From NCBI GenBank assembly GCA_038231455.1, contig JBBRLI010000001.1:288001-352000 (forward strand): a DNA stretch of 64,000 nt, written 5' to 3'. The DNA is from Vulcanimicrobiales bacterium. GTDB lineage: Bacteria > Vulcanimicrobiota > Vulcanimicrobiia > Vulcanimicrobiales > Vulcanimicrobiaceae. Of this stretch, positions 27,353-36,798 are shown piece after piece. A program made the position numbers and the translations under genes. Each line of letters opens with the position of its first letter. The first letter of the stretch is position 1. The notes below the pieces were generated by a model. That model saw only the letters and a program-made list of their open reading frames with translations, ran no database searches and was not told where the DNA came from.

Positions 27353-29234
27353 CGAACACGGCGATCCCCGGATCGCCGCCATCCCCGACGTCCACGGACA
27401 CGCCAAAGGCGAACACAAACCGTATGCGGAGGAACGGCCGATTCCGCTCTCCGCGCGGATGCTGTTCCTCTGGTTCTTCCATGCGTGCAAGCGCGGTTCG
27501 CCGCGATTCCTGATGGTCTCCGACCACATGAATTACCTGACGTTCGAAGATCCCGCAGCGGTGAATCTCGTGCGCCGCGCTCTCAAACTCGCGCAGGCCG
27601 GCGATCTTTACGGCGCTGCGGAAACCGCCGGCGTCGATGTCGGCCACGCGGCGGTCGTCTCCGACGGTCTACGGCGTGGAATGCGCTATTCGATCGGTGC
27701 TGAGGTCGACAACGATCCGCGCGCTCGGCCCGATGCGCAGAACATCGTCGATGCAATGAAGCCCGACGGCATGATCCGCTCGGTGCACTTCCTTACGATC
27801 GATCACCCGACGCACGGCGCCGGTTGGAATTGGCCGTTCGATAATCCCGAGTTCAGCTCGCTCTTCGACCATGTCGGAGTCGAGAAGACGTGGGAACTCT
27901 ACATGGCAACGCTCATCGATGCAATCGAACGGCTGCCGGGCAATATCGTCGGTCACTTCTACGTACCCGCGATCTTCGGCCACTGGCCCGACGATGCGAC
28001 ACTCGAAAAATACGAAGACCAACTGCTCGACGCATGCGCCGCGCGCGAAATGGCGATCGAATTCAATACGCGCTTTCTCTATCGCGACCGAACCGACGAA
28101 GAGCGAGCAAAGTACATCGCGGCCAACCGTCGCCTGTTGCGCAAAGCCAAAGAGCGCGGCGTAGGGATCGCGGTCGGCGCCGATGCGCACAGCCCCAAAG
28201 ACCAAGGCCACGCGTTCGATCAGGTCCTCGCGATTCTCGATGAACTCGAAATCAACGAACTGGTCTTTCCGATCGGCGGGCGTCTGTTGCGCGTTGCGCT
28301 GCGTGTCGTCAAAGAACCCGAACCGCCCGCACCCGAACCGCCGCCGGTGCCCGAACCCGTCAAGCCGGTTCGCAAAGCGCGCACAAGTGAGTCGCCCAAA
28401 GAGCGACCCTCCGATGAAACCCCGGCCAAGCCCGACAAAGAAACGAAGCGCCGCACGGGCGGAACGAAGCTCGAAACGACCGACACGCCCGAACGCGAGA
28501 GCACGGACAGCGCGACGGTCCTCGAGTCGAGTGCCGATACACCCGCACCCAAAGCGAAAGCCAAGAAGGCAGCGCCCAAAGATGCGCCTTCGCACGCAGT
28601 CGGTGCCGTCTCCGATGCGATCAAATCCGTGGCTGAGGCAGCGGTGAACGCCGTCGCGTCCATTCTGCCAGGTCTCAAAGCGAAGGCTCCGTCAAAGACG
28701 AAAACCGACGCAACCGCCGTGAAGCCGGAAGCGAAATCCGCGTCCATCAAAGCCCCGTCCCTCAAAGCCGCGCCCGCAAAAGCCAGTCCCGCGAAGGCCG
28801 CGCCAGCGAAGGCTGCGCCGATAAAGGCGATGCCCGCCAAAGCCGTTTCGGTGAAGGCGAAAGCGCCCGTAAAACCCGCTCCGAAAGTCATGGCGAAAGC
28901 AAAAGCACCGGCGAAACCGGCACCGAAACCGGCACCGAAGAAAGCGGCGGCGAAAGCCGCGCCTAAAACGAAGCCGGCCGCTAAAGCGAAGCCCGCATCG
29001 AAGGCGAAAGCCGCGCCGGTCAAGGCCAAAGCGAAAGCCGCGAAAGCGAAGCCGAAGGCAGCACCGAAGCGCGCCGCGGTGAAACCCGCGAAAAAAGCCG
29101 CGAAGCCCGCAGCGCATAAGCCTACGCCGAAGAAACCCGCGAAAAAGGCACCGCCTCGACCGGCTCGCCCTGCCGCGAAAAAACCCGCTGCTAAGAAATC
29201 AGCGGCGAAGAAAACAACGAAGCGCTCGCGCTAA
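27342..29234 (+). CDS. PHP-domain hydrolase (HisJ-like) with long Lys/Ala/Pro-rich histone-like tail
   Basis: DVHGH, SDH, AEVD, SVH, GADAH metal ligands; C-terminal ~300 aa low-complexity with AKPA/KKAA repeats. Confidence 0.8.
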   Translation: MNDSEHGDPRIAAIPDVHGHAKGEHKPYAEERPIPLSARMLFLWFFHACKRGSPRFLMVSDHMNYLTFEDPAAVNLVRRALKLAQAGDLYGAAETAGVDVGHAAVVSDGLRRGMRYSIGAEVDNDPRARPDAQNIVDAMKPDGMIRSVHFLTIDHPTHGAGWNWPFDNPEFSSLFDHVGVEKTWELYMATLIDAIERLPGNIVGHFYVPAIFGHWPDDATLEKYEDQLLDACAAREMAIEFNTRFLYRDRTDEERAKYIAANRRLLRKAKERGVGIAVGADAHSPKDQGHAFDQVLAILDELEINELVFPIGGRLLRVALRVVKEPEPPAPEPPPVPEPVKPVRKARTSESPKERPSDETPAKPDKETKRRTGGTKLETTDTPERESTDSATVLESSADTPAPKAKAKKAAPKDAPSHAVGAVSDAIKSVAEAAVNAVASILPGLKAKAPSKTKTDATAVKPEAKSASIKAPSLKAAPAKASPAKAAPAKAAPIKAMPAKAVSVKAKAPVKPAPKVMAKAKAPAKPAPKPAPKKAAAKAAPKTKPAAKAKPASKAKAAPVKAKAKAAKAKPKAAPKRAAVKPAKKAAKPAAHKPTPKKPAKKAPPRPARPAAKKPAAKKSAAKKTTKRSR

Positions 29235-29264
29235 CGCGCGACGCCGAAGGAGGATCCAGGAACG

Positions 29265-30902
29265 GTGCAACGGACGATCGGCGCACTTCTGTGCGCGTGC
29301 CTTCTCGTGTCATGCTCGAAAACGGCAGACGTGGGCGGCGGCAGTGCAAGTGGTTTGCACCCCTGGTCGACGGCGGGTCATCTCAAGATCGGCATTCAGC
29401 GCTCGCCAACGACGCTCAATCCGATCCTCGCCGGGAACACGACGGAGTCGATGATCAATCGACTCAGCTTCAGTTTGCTCACCACCGTGAGCGCCGACGG
29501 CAAGCAGACGTTGCCGGATCTCGCAGCGGACGTGCCGACCGAAGCGAACGGCGGCATTAGTAAAGACGGCCTGACAATCACCTACAAATTGCGGACGGGC
29601 GTGAAGTGGCACGACGGCGCGCCATTTTCGAGCAAAGACGTGAAGTTCACGTGGTCGGCGATTATGAGCGAAGTGAACAACGTGCCATCGCGCACGGGTT
29701 ATGAAGATGTCAAATCGGTCGACACTCCTGACGATGCGACCGTGATCTTCCACCTCAAACATAAGTTCGCGCCGTTCGTGAATACGGTCTTCGGCGAGAG
29801 CGACGATCCGCTCGGCATTTTGCCCGAGCACTTGCTCGGGAAACTCAAAGACGTGAACCGAATTCCGTTCAACAACGAGCCGGTCGGAACAGGTCCGTTC
29901 AAAGTTACGCGCTGGATTCGCAACGATCATATCGAGCTTGTTGCCAACGACGATTATTTCAAAGGCAAGCCGAAGCTGCGCACGATCGAAATCAAAGATA
30001 TTCCCGATGAAAATACGTCGGTAAACGCCCTGCGTACGCACGACATCGATTGGATCTTCGAGGCCTCACCAAATCTCTACAACGTGCTCAAGACCGTGCC
30101 GGACGTGCACCTCTTGCTCAACAGTCAGCCGCAAACGTTGAGCCTCTACATCAATAACTCGCGGCCGTATCTTGCGGACATACGCGTCCGTCAAGCGATC
30201 GCCTACGCAATCGACAAACAAGCCCTCGTCAACAAGACGACGGGCGGCTCGGCAACCGTCGCGCAAGCCGATCAGCCACCGTTTTCTTGGGCGTACGAAC
30301 CGAACGTCGCGACCTATCCGACCAGCGTAGCGAAAGCAAAAGCACTGCTCGCTCAAGCCGGGTATGCACCCGACCCGAACGGCATCATGCAGAAAAACGG
30401 CGTTCCGCTCGCGATGAATCTCTCGTACAACGTCGAGAACGCAACCCGCCGCCTCGTCGCCGTCCAAGTTCAGGCGATGTTAAAAGGCATCGGTATCGAT
30501 GCGAGCATCAAGACGTATCCGGCCGATCTGCTCTTTGCAAACTTCGGTCAAGGCGGCATTCTCAAAACCGCCAAGTACGATCTGAATATCGGCGGTTGGA
30601 TTGCGGGCGTCGACCCCGACGATCATTCGCTCTTCGGGTGCGATCAGTTTCCGCCCAACGGCACGAACTATTTCCGCTATTGCTCCAAGGCCATGGACGC
30701 AGCGCAAAAAGAAGCGCTCGACACCTACGATCAAGCCAAACGCAAGATCGCGTATTCGAAAATCCAAAAGATTCTCGCGACGGACTTGCCGGAAATCTTC
30801 ATTTGGTATCCGCGCCAGCTCCAGCCGACCAATCCGGATTTCAAGGGCTTTACCCCTAACCCGGTCAACGAGGCGTGGAACGCTTACGAATGGGAAATCT
30901 AA
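29265..30902 (+). CDS. Peptide ABC transporter substrate-binding lipoprotein (family 5)
   Basis: Lipobox LVSC; LRTGVKWHDGAPF, PVGTGPF, VRQAIAYAID. Confidence 0.92.
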   Translation: MQRTIGALLCACLLVSCSKTADVGGGSASGLHPWSTAGHLKIGIQRSPTTLNPILAGNTTESMINRLSFSLLTTVSADGKQTLPDLAADVPTEANGGISKDGLTITYKLRTGVKWHDGAPFSSKDVKFTWSAIMSEVNNVPSRTGYEDVKSVDTPDDATVIFHLKHKFAPFVNTVFGESDDPLGILPEHLLGKLKDVNRIPFNNEPVGTGPFKVTRWIRNDHIELVANDDYFKGKPKLRTIEIKDIPDENTSVNALRTHDIDWIFEASPNLYNVLKTVPDVHLLLNSQPQTLSLYINNSRPYLADIRVRQAIAYAIDKQALVNKTTGGSATVAQADQPPFSWAYEPNVATYPTSVAKAKALLAQAGYAPDPNGIMQKNGVPLAMNLSYNVENATRRLVAVQVQAMLKGIGIDASIKTYPADLLFANFGQGGILKTAKYDLNIGGWIAGVDPDDHSLFGCDQFPPNGTNYFRYCSKAMDAAQKEALDTYDQAKRKIAYSKIQKILATDLPEIFIWYPRQLQPTNPDFKGFTPNPVNEAWNAYEWEI

Positions 30903-30905
30903 CTC

Positions 30906-31469
30906 GTGCACGATGACCGGCCGCCGAGCGGCGAGCCTTCGCGGCTCGCCCGTATCCCCGAACTCAAATGGCTCCAGTCGATCATCATGGAGCGCGCGCT
31001 CACGCGCGGCGACTATCTGCTCGCCGGCGGCGCACGCAGCGACTATTACATCGATAAATTCCGCCTATTCTCCGACCCGCACGTGTTGCGGCGCATCGCC
31101 CGGCTCTTCGCACCGATCGTCGCCGAGCTCAAACCGGACTTAATCGGCGGCACGGAACTCGGCGGTGTGATCATTGCGACGGCCGTCTCGCAGATGACCG
31201 ATCTGCCGATGCTCATCGTGCGCAAAGCACCCAAGTCGTACGGCGCGTTTGCCGATGAATTCGTCGAAGGCGGCTACTCGCCCGGGCAACGCGTACTCTT
31301 ACTCGAGGACGTCGTGACGAGCGCTCGCGAAGTGCTCGCGGCGAAAGCCCGGCTTGAAGAGCTGCAGCTCAAGGTCAACGTCTACGCGATCGTTTCGCGC
31401 GGACTCGCACCGGTGAACTCGCTCATTCAGTTCGCGCTACCGCGCGGCGAAGCCAAAACCGACAACTAG
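30906..31469 (+). CDS. pyrE: Orotate phosphoribosyltransferase-like PRTase
   Basis: LAGGARSDYYID, ELGG, VRK, PRPP loop VLLLEDVVTS. Confidence 0.7.
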   Translation: MHDDRPPSGEPSRLARIPELKWLQSIIMERALTRGDYLLAGGARSDYYIDKFRLFSDPHVLRRIARLFAPIVAELKPDLIGGTELGGVIIATAVSQMTDLPMLIVRKAPKSYGAFADEFVEGGYSPGQRVLLLEDVVTSAREVLAAKARLEELQLKVNVYAIVSRGLAPVNSLIQFALPRGEAKTDN

Positions 31470-31485
31470 CCCGAGCTGCGCTGCA

Positions 31486-32253
31486 TCAGCCGAGGCTAAT
31501 GCGATTACCGTCTTCGGCGACGTGGACAGTGCCGCTGAAGATTGCCGAGGCGGGCTCTTGCAGATCGGCCCGCGTTGCCGTTTCATGATAGTGCGTGAGC
31601 AACAGTTGGCGCGCACCGGCCTCGTGTGCCATCGTCGCTGCTTCATGCGCCGAGCAGTGGCCGCGCATGCCGAGTTCCAGATCGTCAGCGCGCAGCGTCG
31701 CCTCGCAGATGAACATGTCGGTATCGCGGGCGATCTCTGAGACGCGCGCATCGGGTGCGGTATCTGCCGAGTACGTGAGCGATGTGCCCTCGCGTTCGTA
31801 ACGAACGGCGAATGCCGGGATATAGTGGGCCGTAGGCGCGAAGCGCAGTTGCGCGTCGCCCAGGTGCAAGGTTTTTGTGGGGTCGTACGTGTGGATATCG
31901 AAGACGGCCGCGAGGAAATCGCCTGCGCCTTCGTCGGCGAACGCCGAGACCATCTGCCGCAGCATTCGTTCGCCGTCGGGCGGCAAGTACACCGGCAGTT
32001 TGTCGCTCCGCCGGTGCTCGCCATAGCGTAGCGCGTACCGGAGCGGGATAAGATCGATGAAGTGGTCCGCGTGCATATGGGTGATCACGACCGCACCGAT
32101 GTGGTCGTACTCCATATGCAGGCGCAGGTTGCCGAGCGCCCCGGTCCCCAAATCCAAGACGATCGACTGTTCGTCGTCTTGGATCAGGTACGAGCTGCAC
32201 GCACGATTCGGCCGGGGGACCGATGGACTCGACCCCAGGACCGTCAGTTGCAG
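31486..32253 (-). CDS. MBL-fold metallo-hydrolase (RNase Z/phosphodiesterase-like)
   Basis: LTVLGSS..P...ACSSYL, THMHADH, YSADT, CEAT, GH, LTH; conserved N-terminus implies a non-ATG start (CTG 32253 or ATA). Confidence 0.85.
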   Translation of the reverse strand: MQLTVLGSSPSVPRPNRACSSYLIQDDEQSIVLDLGTGALGNLRLHMEYDHIGAVVITHMHADHFIDLIPLRYALRYGEHRRSDKLPVYLPPDGERMLRQMVSAFADEGAGDFLAAVFDIHTYDPTKTLHLGDAQLRFAPTAHYIPAFAVRYEREGTSLTYSADTAPDARVSEIARDTDMFICEATLRADDLELGMRGHCSAHEAATMAHEAGARQLLLTHYHETATRADLQEPASAIFSGTVHVAEDGNRISLG

Positions 32254-32264
32254 TGTCGCGGCGT

Positions 32265-32717
32265 TTATAGCGATGCTAGGACCTCATCCGCGTGACCCTC
32301 TACGGAGACTTTGGGCCACACCTTGGAAATAGTACCGTCGGGCCCCACAAGAAACGTGGCCCGTTGAACGCCCATACTCTTTTTCCCGTACATATTCTTC
32401 TCGACGATGACCCCGAATGCGTCACAAATGTGTGAAGCGGCGTCGGCAAGGAGTGTGAACGGCAAGTCGTACTTTGCTTTGAACTTTGCTTGGGCTGCCT
32501 CGGAATCACGGGAAACCCCAATGATGACAGCGTTTTTCTTCGCGAATTTGGCGCTGGCGTCCGCAAACTGCGACGCTTCGTTCGTTCAACCGGGGGTATC
32601 GGCTTTTGGATAAAACCAAAAGACGAGCGGTTTGCCAACGAGATCGTGTAGGCGGACCGGGGTGCCGGTTTCATCGTTTACGGTGAGATCGGGGAGCTTT
32701 GCACCAACATCGAGCAT
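32265..32717 (-). CDS. bcp: Bcp/PrxQ peroxiredoxin, selenocysteine at position 44
   Basis: MLDVGAKLPD...FYPKADTPG-TGA-TNEA...GVSRD...LPFTLLAD...RATFLVGPDG; TGA at 32588-32586 aligns with the peroxidatic Cys of TPGCT. Confidence 0.88.
32557..32576 (-). promoter_or_regulatory. Putative bacterial SECIS hairpin
   Basis: mRNA GCGUC-GCA-GUU-UGC-G-GACGC; apical loop begins with GU, 17 nt after the UGA. Confidence 0.65.
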
Positions 32718-32737
32718 CTATCGGGCCTTTCGGATCG

Positions 32738-34447
32738 CTATGAAGGGACGGGTTCTGCCGCGCGAACTTCGACCGCGGGCTTCGTGCGAAACTGGGAGAG
32801 CGGGACAAGAAAGAGTAACCGGTCGTGCGGCAACATTTCATCAAACGCGTTGATATGGACGAACGCGGCACCACGCCACACCGCAAGCGGGATGCAATGG
32901 TCGGCCGGGGGCGGCGCCGGGACGTCGCCCTGCAGTCGTTCGCCCACGGTGTAGTCGTCATCTCCAAACGAGATCCGTCCGCGCGTCCCCGGAAATCGGG
33001 ACAGACCGGCGAACGCCGGCGCGGCGAGGGCGCTGGTTGAGAACGTCGTGGTAAAGCCGAACTGACGCGCGATCGAACGCGCAAATGCATCGTCTTGAAC
33101 GCGCATGACGACTTGCAGATCGGGATTGCGCGCGCGCGCGCCGAGGCCCACTTCGAGATTCGAGGTGTCGCTATCGGTGAGCGCGATGAGGGCCGCGGCG
33201 TGCCGAAGATTGCAAAACGAGAGCGTCGTGTCGTTGGTCGCATCGCCCGTGAGCAGATCGAAATAGCGATTGCGCGAGAATTCGATCGTCGACTGATCGG
33301 GGTTGGGATCGATGACGACGACGGGCTTCTTTTGCGTGAGTAGATACTCGATCACGCGCGTCCCGACGTTACCTGAGCCGCACACGATGATATGGCCCTT
33401 GCGGTTGATGCGGCGCAGACCTTGCATCGCGACCCATTGCGCGCGCGTGAGCGCCGAGGTCAGTAAGGCGACGAACACGCCCGAGAGCGTGACGCCAAAG
33501 AACATGGTACCGACTGCGACCATCTTCGCCCACGGCCCCGCATCGAGCGGTGTGATGTCGCCGTAACCGACCGTCGTGATCGTCGTTGCCACGAAGTAGA
33601 GGGCCGTGATCGCGTCTTTCTTGAGCGCGAACGAAAAGAAAATCGTCGCAGCGATAAAGGTCAACACCGACACGAGCACCACGCGCGCAACGATCGGATC
33701 GATTCGCCGCAGCGAATCCCGACGTCGGGAGAGCCAGCGTGTGAGGCGCGACTTGATCGTGCGCCGCTCGCCCATTTCTGTCGGCTTTTGGCGTGACTCC
33801 GCAAGATGGATAAACTTCGAGAAGAGCACGATGTCGTCGTCCGGATCGATCTTCGCTTTGAGATCGTACACCGCGCGGCCATTGAGTCCGACCACGCGAC
33901 CGCTCAGATTTTTCTGCGCGTCGGCGACCGAACACGGGACGTGGATTCCAAACTCCGTTGCGCGTCGCTGCGAGAATCCGCACAGGTCGCCCTCGATCTC
34001 GGGAAACTGCAGGCCCGAAAAACACTGCGGATCGATCGCGGAACCCGTGAACGTGGCGGCCGCATGCGAGGCCAGCGACACCGTCGAGCAGTTCGGCAAA
34101 TTCTGTTCGATCTTGCGCCCGAGGGTCCGATTGAACTGGCGCAGCACGACGCGGATCTCCGGATTGAGGTCGCGGGCTTTCAGGGCGACTTGCAAGTTGA
34201 GCTTGTCGTCATCCGAGAGCGACATGATCGATGTGCCGTGCATGACGCCCGCGGCGCGCAGGGCGTCGTAGTCGTTGGGAGGGAACGCGATGTACGTCAC
34301 GTTCATCCGCTCGCACTTTGCCGCAATCTCCGCATCGTGTGCCCATAGCAAAGCTACACGATGTCCTTGCGTCCCCGTAATCTCTTCACAGACACGGATT
34401 GCAAGCGCATCGCCACCCACGACGATAATGAGAGGGACCCCGCTCAT
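32738..34447 (-). CDS. Potassium channel protein with TrkA/RCK NAD-binding domains
   Basis: TITTVGYGD filter; RCK domains at both ends (IVVGGD, IVCGSGNVG). Confidence 0.9.
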   Translation of the reverse strand: MSGVPLIIVVGGDALAIRVCEEITGTQGHRVALLWAHDAEIAAKCERMNVTYIAFPPNDYDALRAAGVMHGTSIMSLSDDDKLNLQVALKARDLNPEIRVVLRQFNRTLGRKIEQNLPNCSTVSLASHAAATFTGSAIDPQCFSGLQFPEIEGDLCGFSQRRATEFGIHVPCSVADAQKNLSGRVVGLNGRAVYDLKAKIDPDDDIVLFSKFIHLAESRQKPTEMGERRTIKSRLTRWLSRRRDSLRRIDPIVARVVLVSVLTFIAATIFFSFALKKDAITALYFVATTITTVGYGDITPLDAGPWAKMVAVGTMFFGVTLSGVFVALLTSALTRAQWVAMQGLRRINRKGHIIVCGSGNVGTRVIEYLLTQKKPVVVIDPNPDQSTIEFSRNRYFDLLTGDATNDTTLSFCNLRHAAALIALTDSDTSNLEVGLGARARNPDLQVVMRVQDDAFARSIARQFGFTTTFSTSALAAPAFAGLSRFPGTRGRISFGDDDYTVGERLQGDVPAPPPADHCIPLAVWRGAAFVHINAFDEMLPHDRLLFLVPLSQFRTKPAVEVRAAEPVPS

Positions 34448-35006
34448 GCCCCACCCTTCAACGCAAGACGCTCATCCGCTTGCGTATCGGCTGATCGAAC
34501 TTCTCCACGACACGCGGGGCGAGATCATTGAAGTGGGGACGGGCCGCGGCCGCAATACCCGCGCGCTCGTCGCAGCGGGCTTTCCGGTCGTCGAGATCGG
34601 CGAAGACGTCGCCTACACCCAGCTGCCCGGGCGCGGATTCATCGGAGCCCTCGCCACGCACGCCTATTTGCATGGAACGCTCGCGAAACTCCGCATCGGC
34701 TTCGCGGAACTCGCTCGCGTGCTGGCGCCGGGCGCCCCAATCGCCGTCACCCTCGGCTCGATCAACGACGCGCGCTTTGGCCTCGGAGAACCGTACGACG
34801 AGGTGACCTTTGCGCCGGGCGACGGCCCCGAAATCGGGATTCCCCATGCGTTCCTCGACCGGGACGGCGTAACCGACGTGCTGCGTCCCTTTGGGATCGA
34901 ATCGTGCGCGGAGGTTGCCGTCGACGCGCTCGTGGGGCGTTGGGCACACGAGGATGATGCGGTCACCGGAAAAGTTCATTGGTTCGTCGTGGCGCGAAAA
35001 CGGTAA
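34446..35006 (+). CDS. Class I SAM-dependent methyltransferase-like protein
   Basis: EVGTGRGRN motif I, ARVLAPG; ATG at 34446 with AGAGGG upstream. Confidence 0.75.
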   Translation: MPHPSTQDAHPLAYRLIELLHDTRGEIIEVGTGRGRNTRALVAAGFPVVEIGEDVAYTQLPGRGFIGALATHAYLHGTLAKLRIGFAELARVLAPGAPIAVTLGSINDARFGLGEPYDEVTFAPGDGPEIGIPHAFLDRDGVTDVLRPFGIESCAEVAVDALVGRWAHEDDAVTGKVHWFVVARKR

Positions 35007-35313
35007 CCGCCTGTGGATTTCTCGCTCCATGAAACGTCTCGATCGGAATAAATCTGCGGGAAGTGGAAACGAATCTCCCCAAATTCATGTTTTCGTATGG
35101 TACAGTGGAGTGGGCGAGGTGAAGAATCGCGCCCATTCTGCCGATATTCTATTTAGAAGTTACTCGTAGGAACGACGCAAGCGTTCCGTACCGACCCGGC
35201 TGGGGCTGCATCGCGGCTCCCGGGACACACAGATTTGAGGTGATCGTTTTCCGTGGATGGCAGTGGCAGTACGAACCTGACTTTTAGCATTCTCCGAAAG
35301 GAAACGACACCTC

Positions 35314-35481
35314 ATGATTGTGCTCCGTCTCGCGCTTCACGTTAGCGCGAATCTCGCCGGCTCGCTCGGCCGACTCATCGCCGGACGCCCGCGTCCGCTA
35401 GTCCCCGAAACCTACGAAAATCATCCCTACTATCACGCCCCGGAGCCACGGCCCGAGACGTGGGTCTTCTACTGCCGCTAA
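35314..35481 (+). CDS. 55-aa small protein, hypothetical
   Basis: AAAGGA upstream; MIVLRLALHVSANLAGSLGRLIAGRPRPLVPETYENHPYYHAPEPRPETWVFYCR; ends 4 nt from the convergent gene. Confidence 0.5.
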   Translation: MIVLRLALHVSANLAGSLGRLIAGRPRPLVPETYENHPYYHAPEPRPETWVFYCR

Positions 35482-35485
35482 AGCG

Positions 35486-35803
35486 CTAGTAGAGCGGAAC
35501 GGACGGATCGATCTCGCGACTCCACGCGTCGATCCCACCCGCGACGTTGACGGCTCGTTCGTAGCCGCTTTGAACTAAGAACTGTGTAACGCGCGCGCTG
35601 CGTACGCCGCCGTGGCAGAGAACGGCGATCGCGCGATCGTGTGGTAGCTCGCCGATCCGCTCGGCCACCTCTCCCATCGGAATCGGCGTCGCAAACGGCA
35701 GTGCCGCCGTCTGCAATTCGTACGGCTCGCGCACGTCCAGCACCAAGAGCTGCTCGCCCGCATCGACGCGTCGCTTGAGCTCGCTCACCGAGATTTCGAT
35801 CAT
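35486..35803 (-). CDS. Rhodanese-domain sulfurtransferase
   Basis: [31 protein letters not shown] (resembles the MoeB/MoeZ C-terminal rhodanese). Confidence 0.9.
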   Translation of the reverse strand: MIEISVSELKRRVDAGEQLLVLDVREPYELQTAALPFATPIPMGEVAERIGELPHDRAIAVLCHGGVRSARVTQFLVQSGYERAVNVAGGIDAWSREIDPSVPLY

Positions 35804-36582
35804 TCTTTGGAACCGATCAGGCCGCCAAGCGGGCTCGAAGCGTTCGCGTAAAGGCGTTTTGGCATGCGCCCGGCTTTGAACGCCAGGCGTCCGGCCTCGA
35901 CCGCGCGCCGCATCGCGCCCGCCATCATGACCGGGTCCTTTGCTGCGGCGATACCGGTATTCATCAAGAGCGCATCGACGCCGAGTTCCATCGCGATTGC
36001 GGCATCGGAGGCGGTGCCGACGCCGGCATCGACGATCACCGGGACGTTCGCCTGCTCTTTGATGATTGCGATCGAATACGGATTGCAGACACCAAGGCCG
36101 CTGCCGATCGGCGCCGCAAGCGGCATGACCGCAGCACAGCCGATGGCTTCGAGCCGTTTACACGCGATCGGGTCGTCGACGATGTATGGCAAGACGGTAA
36201 AGCCGTCGCGCACGAGTTCTTCGCAGGCCGCGATCGTCTCTACCGTATCGGGATAGAGCGTGTGCGGATCGCCGATGACCTCGACCTTGATGAGATCGGT
36301 GCCCAGCGCTTCGCGCGCGAGTTTTGCCGTGAGTACCGCTTCCTTTGCCGTAAAACACCCCGCCGTGTTCGGCAAGAGCGCGTATTTCGTGCGGTCGAGA
36401 TAGTCGATCATCGTCTTGCCGCTGGGATCGTCGAGGTGAATCCGACGAATTGCCACGGTGACCAGTTGTGCGCCGCTGGCTTCGTGCGCGCGCTGCATGA
36501 CCTCCATCGACGGAAACTTGCCCGTGCCGACGATGAGTCGCGAGGAAAACGTATATTTGCCGATGACCAGCGTGTCGTCCAT
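35800..36582 (-). CDS. thiG: Thiazole synthase
   Basis: [40 protein letters not shown]. Confidence 0.96.
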   Translation of the reverse strand: MDDTLVIGKYTFSSRLIVGTGKFPSMEVMQRAHEASGAQLVTVAIRRIHLDDPSGKTMIDYLDRTKYALLPNTAGCFTAKEAVLTAKLAREALGTDLIKVEVIGDPHTLYPDTVETIAACEELVRDGFTVLPYIVDDPIACKRLEAIGCAAVMPLAAPIGSGLGVCNPYSIAIIKEQANVPVIVDAGVGTASDAAIAMELGVDALLMNTGIAAAKDPVMMAGAMRRAVEAGRLAFKAGRMPKRLYANASSPLGGLIGSKE

Positions 36583-36589
36583 CGTGTCC

Positions 36590-36793
36590 TTAGCCGCCCG
36601 CGGCGGCGACGATAATTTCCACGGCGTCACCGTCGTGGAGCGGAAAAGCGTCGATCTGGGCGCGCGGGACGACGTCGTCGTTGACGGCAACGGCGATACC
36701 CTCACGGCGCACACCAAGCTGGGCGACGAGCGCGCCAACCGTGTCGACATCGGGATACCGCACGGGTTTTCCGTTGAGCGTGAGCGATTTCAT
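36590..36793 (-). CDS. thiS: Sulfur carrier protein ThiS
   Basis: MKSLTLNG...IAVAVND...GDAVEII...GG C-terminus. Confidence 0.92.
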   Translation of the reverse strand: MKSLTLNGKPVRYPDVDTVGALVAQLGVRREGIAVAVNDDVVPRAQIDAFPLHDGDAVEIIVAAAGG

Positions 36794-36798
36794 GACGC

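Noticed and set aside
32265-32717. bcp as a nonsense pseudogene
   Set aside because: The only stop is a TGA exactly at the catalytic Cys, followed by a SECIS-like hairpin, and both halves are intact.
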